From Gaiellaceae bacterium (lineage in GTDB: Bacteria > Actinomycetota > Thermoleophilia > Gaiellales > Gaiellaceae), in contig DATKQO010000305.1 in the NCBI GenBank assembly GCA_035532715.1, forward strand, positions 1 through 38,878: 38,878 bases of DNA, given 5' to 3'. The notes under the pieces were generated by a model. The model saw nothing but the letters and a program-made list of their open reading frames with translations. It had not been told where the DNA came from and made no database searches. Made by a program: the position numbers and the translations under genes. Positions 7,072 to 14,780 of this stretch are shown here, piece by piece. The first letter of the stretch is position 1, and the number at the start of each line of letters is the position of its first letter.

Positions 7072-8283
7072 ATGCCGTTCTACCAGCTCCTCGGCGAGGT
7101 CCCGCGCAAGCGCCACGTGCAGTTCCGCGAGAACGGGACGCTCCTCACCGAAGAGGTGATGGGGCTCGAGGGTTTCACCGGCAACGAGTCGATCCTCTAC
7201 CACCTGCATTCGCCCTGCCGTGTCGCGAAGCTCGGCGGCTTCAAGGAGATCGAGCGCGAGGAGTGGTTGCCCGACCAGCATGCGCACCGGCACTTCAAGA
7301 CCTTCGACGTGACGCCCGAGGGCGACGAGATCACCGGACGCCGCGTGCTGATGTGGAACGACGACGTCGAGATCTCGCTCTGCAGGCCGACAGAGCGGAT
7401 GCACTACTTCTATCGCAACGGCGAGGGCGACGAGGTGATCTTCGTCCACGAGGGCAGCGGCACGCTCCAGACGACGTTCGGCGACGTGCCGTACAAGGAA
7501 GGCGACTACATCGTCGTGCCGCGCGGGACGACGTACCGCTTCGACCCGGTCGGTCCGCAACGTCACCTCGTGTTCGAGACGCCGGGGCTGATCGAGATCC
7601 CGCGCCGCTACCGCAACGCATACGGTCAACTCGTCGAAGGCGCGCCGTACTACAACCGCGACATCCATCCTCCGACCGAACTGCGCACCGTGCGCGAGAC
7701 GGGCGAGTTCCCGGTCAAGGTGCGCGTGCGCGGCGGCTACCAGACGTACGTCGTCGACTACCACCCGTTCGACGTCGTCGGCTGGGACGGCTACCTCTAC
7801 CCGTGGACGTTCTCCGTGCACGACTTCGAGCCGATCACCGGCCGCATCCACCAGCCGCCGCCGTCACACCAGACGTTCCAGGGCCAGAACTTCGTCATCT
7901 GCTCCTTCTGCCCGCGCAAGCTGGACTTCGACCCGGAAGCGGTGCCGATCCCGTACCACCATTCGAACCTGCAGTCGGAGGAGATGATCTATTACGTCTC
8001 CGGCAACTTCGGTTCGCGAAAGGGCGTCGACGTCGGCTCGATCACGCTGCACCCTTCGGGCTTGCCGCACGGTCCGCAGCCGGGTCTCGCGGAGAAGAGC
8101 ATCGGCCTGCACGAGACGCACGAGCTCGCCGTGATGTGCGACACGTTCCATCCGCTGAAGCTCACCGCGTTCGCAAAGGGGCTGGACGACGGCATGTACT
8201 GGCGCTCGTGGTACGCAAACGCCGCCGAGGACGCGTCGGACGACGGCGACGCGAGCGGCGCCGGGCTGACCTCCCACCTCTAG
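7072..8283 (+). CDS. hmgA: homogentisate 1,2-dioxygenase (short bacterial type)
   Basis: 403 aa. FTGNESILYHLHSP, YFYRNGEGDEVIFVHEGSG, HQPPPSHQTF and YHHSNLQSEEMIYY are consistent with cupin-type HGD. Confidence 0.88.
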   Translation: MPFYQLLGEVPRKRHVQFRENGTLLTEEVMGLEGFTGNESILYHLHSPCRVAKLGGFKEIEREEWLPDQHAHRHFKTFDVTPEGDEITGRRVLMWNDDVEISLCRPTERMHYFYRNGEGDEVIFVHEGSGTLQTTFGDVPYKEGDYIVVPRGTTYRFDPVGPQRHLVFETPGLIEIPRRYRNAYGQLVEGAPYYNRDIHPPTELRTVRETGEFPVKVRVRGGYQTYVVDYHPFDVVGWDGYLYPWTFSVHDFEPITGRIHQPPPSHQTFQGQNFVICSFCPRKLDFDPEAVPIPYHHSNLQSEEMIYYVSGNFGSRKGVDVGSITLHPSGLPHGPQPGLAEKSIGLHETHELAVMCDTFHPLKLTAFAKGLDDGMYWRSWYANAAEDASDDGDASGAGLTSHL

Positions 8284-8284
8284 C

Positions 8285-8354
8285 CGGTTCCGTCCGGGTG
8301 CGCTGACGCTTTACGGACGCGTTACGTCCGCCAGCAGTACGGATTACGGAACCG
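8285..8354 (+). other. nested inverted repeats immediately downstream of hmgA (outer 9-bp stem CGGTTCCGT/ACGGAACCG, inner hairpin CGGACG-cgtta-CGTCCG)
   Basis: Read directly. Outer arms are 8285-8293 and 8346-8354, and the inner hairpin is 8314-8330. Possible compound terminator or structured RNA. Confidence 0.35.
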
Positions 8355-8411
8355 ACACATGGTGCGGTGCGGAACGACCGACTCCCACCCCCACCCGATG
8401 GAGGCACCACG

Positions 8412-8981
8412 ATGAAGCGACTCATCCCCCTCGCACTCGCCGTGCTCGCGCTCGCCGCCGTTCCGGCCGCGTTCGCCGACAACGGCACCGCACCGACGCC
8501 CCCGGCGACCGGCTCCGCGCCGGCGGCGCAGCAGGGCCGGCCCGGCCAGGGCGCACAGAACGCGCGCCAGCGGCTCCAGCTCCTGCGGCAGCGCGTGCAA
8601 CGCATCGAGCGCCGTTTCGGTCGCCGCTGCGGCTCGAGCTCGACGGGCGCTCCGCAGGGGTGCCTCGACTTCGCGCAGAAGGTCGAGGCCCGGCTGACGA
8701 AGCTCGACGGCAACATCCAGGCCCGGATCGCGAAGATCCAGCAGACGTGCTCGACGGCGAGCACCGACCCGAAGTGCGCGAACGCGGACAAGCGGATCGC
8801 GCGCCTCCAGGCGATCGACACGCGTGTGCAGACGCTCGCCCAGAAGGTGCAGGACTGGATCGACGGCAAGACCGTCTCGACCTCCGGCCCCGCGCCCGGT
8901 TCGAGCAGCGACTCGTCGTCGCTCGACCAGGCGGCGGCCGGGCTCGGCCAGCTCGCCCAGCAGGCCGGCGGCACCAAGTAG
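8412..8981 (+). CDS. secreted hypothetical protein, helical/coiled-coil with two Cys pairs
   Basis: ATG 8412 preceded by GGAGG (8401-8405). Signal peptide MKRLIPLALAVLALAAVPAAFA. Q/R-rich heptad-like body and a Ser-rich tail. No known domain recognised. Confidence 0.6.
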   Translation: MKRLIPLALAVLALAAVPAAFADNGTAPTPPATGSAPAAQQGRPGQGAQNARQRLQLLRQRVQRIERRFGRRCGSSSTGAPQGCLDFAQKVEARLTKLDGNIQARIAKIQQTCSTASTDPKCANADKRIARLQAIDTRVQTLAQKVQDWIDGKTVSTSGPAPGSSSDSSSLDQAAAGLGQLAQQAGGTK

Positions 8982-9011
8982 CGCCGGCGGCACCAAGGAG
9001 CCCGGCGTGAC

Positions 9012-9017
9012 TACGGT
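9012..9017 (+). promoter_or_regulatory. putative -10 box TACGGT, 6 nt upstream of alkA ATG 9024
   Basis: gacTACGGTccgggcATG read directly. Confidence 0.45.
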
Positions 9018-9023
9018 CCGGGC

Positions 9024-9830
9024 ATGGCGTTTCTCGCCGTGCCCGGACCTTTCGACTTCGCGCTCACGACCGAGCGCTTCCGCGCGTTCGGAGCCGACCG
9101 CGCGAGCGTGTGGCACGAGGGAGGGCTCCATCGCGTGGTCGGCGGCCGCGAGCTGCGGATCGAGGCGGCGCCGGGCGGCGTCGACGCCGAGCCGCTCGAC
9201 GCCGAGACCGAGTCCGTCGTGCGCGCGCTCGCCGGGCTCAGGTTCGACCTCGACCCGTTCTACGCGTGGGCGGCCGGCGACGACGTGCTCGTCACGGTCG
9301 TCCCCTCGCTCGCCGGCTTCCGCCCGCCGGTGATCCCGGATCCGTTCGAGCTGCTCGTCGGCGCGATCACCGCGCAGCAGGTCTCGCTCTTCTCGGCCAC
9401 GGCGATTCGCAACAGGATCATCGAGCGGTTCGGTGAACAGGTCGGGCACGCGTGGGCCTTTCCGGCCCGTGGACGGCTCGCTCGTGCCTCCGCAGACGAG
9501 CTGCGCTCGCTCGGGCTCACGCGCCGCAAGGCGGAGTACGTCGTCGGGCTCGCGCGCTCGGAGCTCGACCTCGACTCGCTCGCCGCGCTGCCGGACGACG
9601 AGGTGAAGGTGCGCCTGACGGCGGTGCGCGGGCTCGGCGAATGGACCGCCGACTGGTTCCTCGCGCGTCACCTCGCCCGGCCGCATGCCTGGCCCTCGGG
9701 TGACCTCGCGCTCCGCAAGGCGGTCGCCGCGCTCTATCGTGGCCTCGACGTGCGCGAAGCGCGCACCCGCTTCCACCCGTTCGAGAACCTCACCGCCCAC
9801 TACCTCCTGCTCTCGCAGCGCACACCGTGA
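9024..9830 (+). CDS. alkA: DNA-3-methyladenine glycosylase II, HhH-GPD family (AlkA-like)
   Basis: PFELLVGAITAQQVSL, the HhH-GPD segment VRGLGEWTADWFLAR, and the catalytic-Asp context WPSGDLALRKA. Confidence 0.8.
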   Translation: MAFLAVPGPFDFALTTERFRAFGADRASVWHEGGLHRVVGGRELRIEAAPGGVDAEPLDAETESVVRALAGLRFDLDPFYAWAAGDDVLVTVVPSLAGFRPPVIPDPFELLVGAITAQQVSLFSATAIRNRIIERFGEQVGHAWAFPARGRLARASADELRSLGLTRRKAEYVVGLARSELDLDSLAALPDDEVKVRLTAVRGLGEWTADWFLARHLARPHAWPSGDLALRKAVAALYRGLDVREARTRFHPFENLTAHYLLLSQRTP

Positions 9831-10807
9831 TCCGCGACGCCACCGACGCAGACCGCCCGCTCGTCCGGGAGCTCTTCGAGGAGTTCATGCGCGAGCTCGA
9901 AGACGCGCCGCATCGCGACGACGACACCGAGAAGGACCTCGCGAAGATCGAAGAGGGGCTCGGGAAGAACCTGCACGTGCTGATCGCGGAGCACGACGGC
10001 GAGCCCGCCGGTCTCGCGGTCGCCGAGAAACAGGGCACGCGCGTCGGGTATCTCGGCACCCTCTACGTACGCCCGGACGCACGCGGCAGCGGCCTCAGCG
10101 CCGAGCTCCTGCGCGAGGTCGTCGCGCGCCTGCGCGCGGAGGGAGTCGAGGTGCTCGAGCTGGACGTGCTCGAGTCGAACGAGGTCGCGCGAGCCATCTA
10201 CGAGCGCTGGGGCTTCGCGCCCGTGCAGCTGAACCTCGCGGCGCCGGTCGACGCACTCGAGCAGCGCCTCGTGCGTCCGCTCGGGCCGTCGTTCGGATCC
10301 GTGCACGTGCAGACGGACGACGTGGGCGCCGTCGAACGTGCGGTGCAGAAGGCACTGCCGCGATTCGGCCGCTCCGCCGGCACGTCCGTCACGGGGCCGC
10401 GCAACGGCTGGGTCGCCGTGCACGACGAGCTTCTCGACCGCGAGCCGAAGCTGCTCCAGCGTCTTGCGAAAGAGCTGTCATACGTGCTCGGCGGCGTCGT
10501 GCTTGCGATCGGCGTCGACCGGGGCGCCGTCGTCCGCTATGCGCTCTTCGATCGTGGTGGCGACGTCGACGACTACGCGTCCGTCCCGGAGTACGACGGC
10601 CCGCTCCCTCCCGGCGACGTCGTCGCCCTCGGCGCGAACCCGAGAGTCGTCGCACGCCTCACCGGCGCCGACCCGGGGCGGGTGCGCGAAGTCGCACGGA
10701 CCGCGAAGTCGCCTGCCGACCTTCCACCCGCGACGGAGCTCGTCGCGGCGATCGCCGAGGTGATGGGCGTCGCGGAGGCCGGGCACGGCTGGGTAGCCTC
10801 GACCTGA
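9827..10807 (+). CDS. GNAT N-acetyltransferase fused to an uncharacterised ~170-aa C-terminal domain
   Basis: N-terminal ~150 aa carry the GNAT motif A region YVRPDARGSGLSAELLREVV ... ARAIYERWGF. The remainder has no recognisable motif. GTGA overlap with alkA. Confidence 0.75.
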   Translation: MIRDATDADRPLVRELFEEFMRELEDAPHRDDDTEKDLAKIEEGLGKNLHVLIAEHDGEPAGLAVAEKQGTRVGYLGTLYVRPDARGSGLSAELLREVVARLRAEGVEVLELDVLESNEVARAIYERWGFAPVQLNLAAPVDALEQRLVRPLGPSFGSVHVQTDDVGAVERAVQKALPRFGRSAGTSVTGPRNGWVAVHDELLDREPKLLQRLAKELSYVLGGVVLAIGVDRGAVVRYALFDRGGDVDDYASVPEYDGPLPPGDVVALGANPRVVARLTGADPGRVREVARTAKSPADLPPATELVAAIAEVMGVAEAGHGWVAST

Positions 10808-11382
10808 TGCTCACGCTCTACGACGCCGCCCGCTGTCCGTACTGCGCGCGCGTGCGCATCGTGCTCGCGGAGAAGGGCGTCGAGTTCGAGACGGTCGAGA
10901 TCGACCTGACCGACCGCCCGGCGTGGATCTACGAGAAGAACGCCACGGGACGCGTGCCCGTGCTCGAGGAGGACGGCTGGCTGCTGCCGGAGTCGGCCGT
11001 CATCATGGAGTACCTCGAGGAGCGGTATCCCGCCCCGGCGCTCCTCGCCGCCGGGGCCGCCGAGCGTGCGCTCGCGCGGCTGTGGATCTTCCGGCACGAC
11101 GAGCTCGCCGCCCCGTACTACGCGCTGCGTCGCGGCGAGCCGGACGCGCGCGAACGGCTCGAACGCGAGCTCGAGCGGCTCGACGCAACGCTCGCCGCCT
11201 CCCCGTGGCTCTGCGGCTCCTCCTACGGGCTCGCCGACATCGCCTACGTCCCCTGGCTCTTGCGGGCGCGCGACCTGCTCGACGTGCCGCTCGACCGCCA
11301 TCCCGCTCTCGGCGCATGGGTCGACCGCGTCCTCGAGCGTCCGGCGGTCGCGGCCGAGGCGCAGGTCGTCGCGACACTGTAG
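10807..11382 (+). CDS. omega-class-like glutathione S-transferase fold protein with CPYC active site
   Basis: ATG 10807 overlaps the GNAT stop (TGATG). LYDAARCPYCARVRIVLAEKGVEFETVEIDLTDRPAWIYEKNATGRVPVLE resembles GST-omega (CPFxxRxRLVL ... KPEWFxxKNPxGxVPVLE) as I recall it. Confidence 0.8.
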   Translation: MLTLYDAARCPYCARVRIVLAEKGVEFETVEIDLTDRPAWIYEKNATGRVPVLEEDGWLLPESAVIMEYLEERYPAPALLAAGAAERALARLWIFRHDELAAPYYALRRGEPDARERLERELERLDATLAASPWLCGSSYGLADIAYVPWLLRARDLLDVPLDRHPALGAWVDRVLERPAVAAEAQVVATL

Positions 11383-11385
11383 GTT
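11380..11385 (+). promoter_or_regulatory. putative -10 box TAGGTT, 7 nt upstream of rhodanese ATG 11393; its TAG is the GST stop codon
   Basis: ctgTAGGTTcaagacgATG read directly. Confidence 0.4.
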
Positions 11386-11392
11386 CAAGACG

Positions 11393-12190
11393 ATGACGGC
11401 TACCGATCTCCCGCGCGTCGTCGATGCTGCGTGGCTCGCGGCTCGACTCGGCGACGACGACCTCGTGATCGGCGACGTGCGCGGCCCGAACGCGCACACG
11501 CGCGGACACATCCCGGGCTCGCGCCCGCTCGTGCTCGGCTCGCCGCCCCCCGGCGCCGACGCGGCAATGGTCCAGGAGCTCGCGAAGGAGGTCGCGCTAC
11601 GCCTCCGGCGGCACGGGATCACGGGCGGCGAGCGTCTCGTCCTCGTCGACCGCGGCGACGGCATGGGTGCGATGCCCGCGGCCCAGATGGCGGAGCTCGC
11701 GGGCCATCCGCAGGTCGCGATCCTGCTCGGCGGCATGGCCGGGTGGGAGGGCGGGCTCGTCGAAGGCACGGTCGAGCTCGAGCCGGTGCGCGAGGCGTCG
11801 CTCGAGCCGAACCTGCGCGCGTTGCCGACGAGGCAGGAGCTCGCCTCGCGGCTCGACGACGCGTCGCTCGCGATCCTCGACGTGCGCACGCACGAGGAAT
11901 ACACGGGGAAGACGGGCAACCATTGCGACCCGCGGCAGGGACACATCCCGGGTGCGCGACGCGTCGGGCTCGAGGAGCTCCTCGCCGGCCCGGGAGAACC
12001 GCTGCCACCGGAGCGGATCCGCGACGCCGTCGGGTTGCCCGAAGGCGCCGAGGTGGTCGCCTACTGCCACTCGGGCTCCCGCTCCGCGCTCGCGACGCTC
12101 GCCCTCCGGAGTGCCGGCTACGACGCCCGCAACTACGCGGGCTCATGGCACGAGTGGAGCAGGCACGACGAGCTCTCGCTCGAGCGCTGA
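11393..12190 (+). CDS. two-domain rhodanese sulfurtransferase (thiosulfate/3-mercaptopyruvate type)
   Basis: ATG 11393 within ORF 11066..12190. Tandem rhodanese domains, with active-site loop YCHSGSRSA in the second and GHIPGA motifs. Confidence 0.85.
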   Translation: MTATDLPRVVDAAWLAARLGDDDLVIGDVRGPNAHTRGHIPGSRPLVLGSPPPGADAAMVQELAKEVALRLRRHGITGGERLVLVDRGDGMGAMPAAQMAELAGHPQVAILLGGMAGWEGGLVEGTVELEPVREASLEPNLRALPTRQELASRLDDASLAILDVRTHEEYTGKTGNHCDPRQGHIPGARRVGLEELLAGPGEPLPPERIRDAVGLPEGAEVVAYCHSGSRSALATLALRSAGYDARNYAGSWHEWSRHDELSLER

Positions 12191-12245
12191 CCGTGAGACA
12201 ACTCTTCGAGAAGCGCTCGACCCACCCGTCGCACGGGCTGTCGGC

Positions 12246-12842
12246 GTGAGGCGCCTGGCGACGCAGATCATGCTCGCCGGCATCGTGGTCGGCGTGCTCG
12301 CGGCGTGCGGAGGCACGAAGACGCTCACGGTGACGCAGACCGTCACGCGAACCGTCACGAAGACGACGACCGCCCCGGCCACGACGACGACCGGCTCCGG
12401 CGCGGCGACGGCGCCTGCGTGCAGCGGCGCCGACCTCGGTGGCAGCTTCGCCGTGGTGCCGGGCAGCGCCGGGGCCGGGTCGATCAGCTACGGACTGACG
12501 CTGACCAACACGTCCTCGGCGGCCTGCTACGTCTCCGGCATCCCGCAGCTCCAGCTCCTCGACGCCAAGGGCGCCACCGTGCCGACCGCCGTCTCGGCGG
12601 CGCAACCCGGGCAGGGCACCGCCGCGAAGGTCGTGCTCGACCCGGGAGCTTCCGCCAAGGCGGACGCGCGCTTCTCGCCCGACGTGCCGGGCCCCGGCGA
12701 GGACAACCCCGGAGCATGCGAGCCCACGGCGCACCAGCTCCGGGTGACGGTCGGCGCGGGCAGCGTCACGGTCCCCGTGAGCCCGCCGACCTCCGTGTGC
12801 TCCCACGGCGCGCTGCGCATGTCGCTGCTCGCGGCCGGCTGA
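12246..12842 (+). CDS. DUF4232-like lipoprotein
   Basis: GTG 12246 (alternative ATG 12270). Lipobox VLAAC|GG, Thr-rich linker, then CSGADLGG ... LTLTNTSSAACYVSGIPQLQLLD ... ARFSP, typical of DUF4232. Confidence 0.65.
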   Translation: MRRLATQIMLAGIVVGVLAACGGTKTLTVTQTVTRTVTKTTTAPATTTTGSGAATAPACSGADLGGSFAVVPGSAGAGSISYGLTLTNTSSAACYVSGIPQLQLLDAKGATVPTAVSAAQPGQGTAAKVVLDPGASAKADARFSPDVPGPGEDNPGACEPTAHQLRVTVGAGSVTVPVSPPTSVCSHGALRMSLLAAG

Positions 12843-12863
12843 CGCCGCCCGCGGCACGGAGAG

Positions 12864-13235
12864 CTACGAGCGCTTCAGCTCGACGTTGATCATGCGGATC
12901 TCCGAGCTGTCGACGTTCTCGAGCGAGTGCGGCGGCATCGCCGCCGTCCAGATGGCCGCGCCGGGCTCCGGGAGCGCGCCCGATGCCCGCGTGTCGCTGA
13001 GCACGTTCTCCTCGCCGTCGCGGCGCACGAAGTGGCCGCTCGACAGCACGTAGAGGAGGCTCGGCCAGCGATGCGTGTGCAAAGGCACCGTCGCACCCGG
13101 CCCGATCCGGGTCTCCAGGACCCGCACGTCGTCGTTCTCGAGCAGCAGGGTGTGGAATCCGGCCGCCGCGACGAGCGCGTCGAGCGAGTCCGGCCACTGC
13201 CAGCCCCCGGTGTCGGGACGGTCCACGGCGCGCAA
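12864..13235 (-). CDS. cupin domain protein
   Basis: 123 aa. GATVPLHTHRWPSLLYVLSG ... PPHSLENV cupin motifs. Apparent TTG start. Confidence 0.65.
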   Translation of the reverse strand: MRAVDRPDTGGWQWPDSLDALVAAAGFHTLLLENDDVRVLETRIGPGATVPLHTHRWPSLLYVLSSGHFVRRDGEENVLSDTRASGALPEPGAAIWTAAMPPHSLENVDSSEIRMINVELKRS

Positions 13236-13248
13236 CGTATCCCACCCG

Positions 13249-14769
13249 TCAGGGCTCAGTGGGGAGCGGCTGCTCGTCGAGCCCCTGCCCGCGCGCGATC
13301 TGCTCGGCGAGCATGCGGTCCGTGACCCACTCGACGGGTGCGCGATCGTCGGTCCACGCGCTGCCGTGCGGCTCGAGCTGCGTGAGCTCCCGCCGGAAGA
13401 GCGGGACGAGCGGTCGGAGCGCCGGAGCCACGAGGCCCGCGCGCCGGAGCAGGCCGCCGCGCGAGCGGCGGGTCCGGAAGGCGAAGAGCACGTCGCTGAA
13501 CCGAAGCGCCGACCAGCGCCAGACCTGGGGGAACGCCGTCGCGAGCGTCGTGCCCACGTCCTCGGTGAGCGTGCGGTCGGTGGGGATCGCCGCCACGTTG
13601 AGCGCGACGACGCCGCCGGGCGTGAGGTGGTCGCGGACGAGCCGGAAGAACTCCTCGGTGGCGAGCTGGAACGGGATGTACGGCTGCCGATACGCGTCGA
13701 CGACGATCACGTCGTACCGTCTGTGCGTCGAGGCGAGGAAGACCCGCGCGTCGGCCGTGATCGTGCGCACGCCGTTCGTCTCGCGCAGTCCGAGAAAGCG
13801 CCGGCCGGCGCTCGTGACGAGCGGGTCGAGCTCGACGCCGTCGACGCGAACGCCGGGATAGAAGTGAGCGAGGGCACGCGAGACCGTCCCGCCGGCGTTG
13901 CCGAGGACGAGCGCGTTCCGCGGCGGACGCACGAGTAGCCTCGGCAGCACCTGGAACTGGTCCCAGTAGCCGCCGGTGAGGACGCTGTGCGGGTACCAGA
14001 GCGACTGGTCGGCGATCCCCTCGTTCTCCTGCAGCGCCCGCGACCCGTCGGCGTATTGCACGACGCGCAGATAGCCGTAACGCGACTCGCCCTCCCAGAT
14101 GACTCCGCTCGAGCTCTTGATCCCGCCCGGTGGGAGTGCGGCGGCGGCGGCGACGACGAGGGCGACGGCGAGCGCGCGTCGCGGAGCGAGCGGCACCGCC
14201 GCGACGGCCAGCAGCGCGGCAGCGCCGAGGAGCGTCCGTTGCGTGCCGACGAGCGGGATCGCGAAGAGCGCGGCGGCGAACGTGCCGAGAATGCTCCCCA
14301 CGGTCGAGAGCGCGTACAGGCGGCCCGCGACGCGGCCGGCCTCCGTGACGTCGGAGATCGCGAGGCGAACGGCGAACGGCGACACGGCGCCCATCAGCGT
14401 CACCGGCAGAACGAACAGCACGAGCACGCCCACGAACGAGCCGAGCACGATGCCGATCGACAGTGCGTTGAATCCGTGCAGCGCGACGCGAAGCAGCGGA
14501 CGCGCGGCGAACGGCGTCGTTGCGAGCAGCAGCGCGGACGCGAGCAGGATCAGCGCCAGCACTCCGCGCTCCGGGCGCGCGTCGGCTACGCGTCCGCCCA
14601 GCCAGTAGCCGAGAGCGAGGAATGCGAGCATCAGCCCGATGACGTTCGCCCAGACGACGTTGGAGCTGCCGAAGTACGGCGCGACGAGACGTGACGCGCC
14701 CATCTCGGTCGCGAGCGACGCAGATCCTGCCAGAAAGACCGTCACGCCGAGGCCGCGGAGATTCGCCAC
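13249..14769 (-). CDS. fused polytopic membrane domain / spermidine synthase-like methyltransferase-fold protein
   Basis: GTG at 14769 preceded by GGAGG (14777-14781, overlapping the upstream stop). N-terminal ~210 aa has about 7 TM helices. The C-terminal part carries VLGNAGGTVSRAL ... VDGVELDP ... YDVIVVDAY ... TPGGVVALN, the spermidine synthase / class I MTase pattern. The rest of ORF 13249..15885 overlaps the upstream gene. Confidence 0.8.
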   Translation of the reverse strand: MANLRGLGVTVFLAGSASLATEMGASRLVAPYFGSSNVVWANVIGLMLAFLALGYWLGGRVADARPERGVLALILLASALLLATTPFAARPLLRVALHGFNALSIGIVLGSFVGVLVLFVLPVTLMGAVSPFAVRLAISDVTEAGRVAGRLYALSTVGSILGTFAAALFAIPLVGTQRTLLGAAALLAVAAVPLAPRRALAVALVVAAAAALPPGGIKSSSGVIWEGESRYGYLRVVQYADGSRALQENEGIADQSLWYPHSVLTGGYWDQFQVLPRLLVRPPRNALVLGNAGGTVSRALAHFYPGVRVDGVELDPLVTSAGRRFLGLRETNGVRTITADARVFLASTHRRYDVIVVDAYRQPYIPFQLATEEFFRLVRDHLTPGGVVALNVAAIPTDRTLTEDVGTTLATAFPQVWRWSALRFSDVLFAFRTRRSRGGLLRRAGLVAPALRPLVPLFRRELTQLEPHGSAWTDDRAPVEWVTDRMLAEQIARGQGLDEQPLPTEP

Positions 14770-14780
14770 GCTCGAGCCTC

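Noticed and set aside
11380-11395. A GGTTCAAGA string resembling a tRNA T-loop.
   Set aside because: No complementary T-stem, acceptor stem or anticodon arm can be drawn around it. It is the GST stop / rhodanese start junction.
12330-12400. A Thr-rich repetitive stretch (TVTQTVTRTVTKTTTAPATTTT) that looks repeat-like at the DNA level.
   Set aside because: It is a low-complexity linker of the DUF4232 lipoprotein, and a similar Thr-rich linker occurs in the LysM protein. It may be an O-glycosylation-type linker, but it is not a distinct genetic element.
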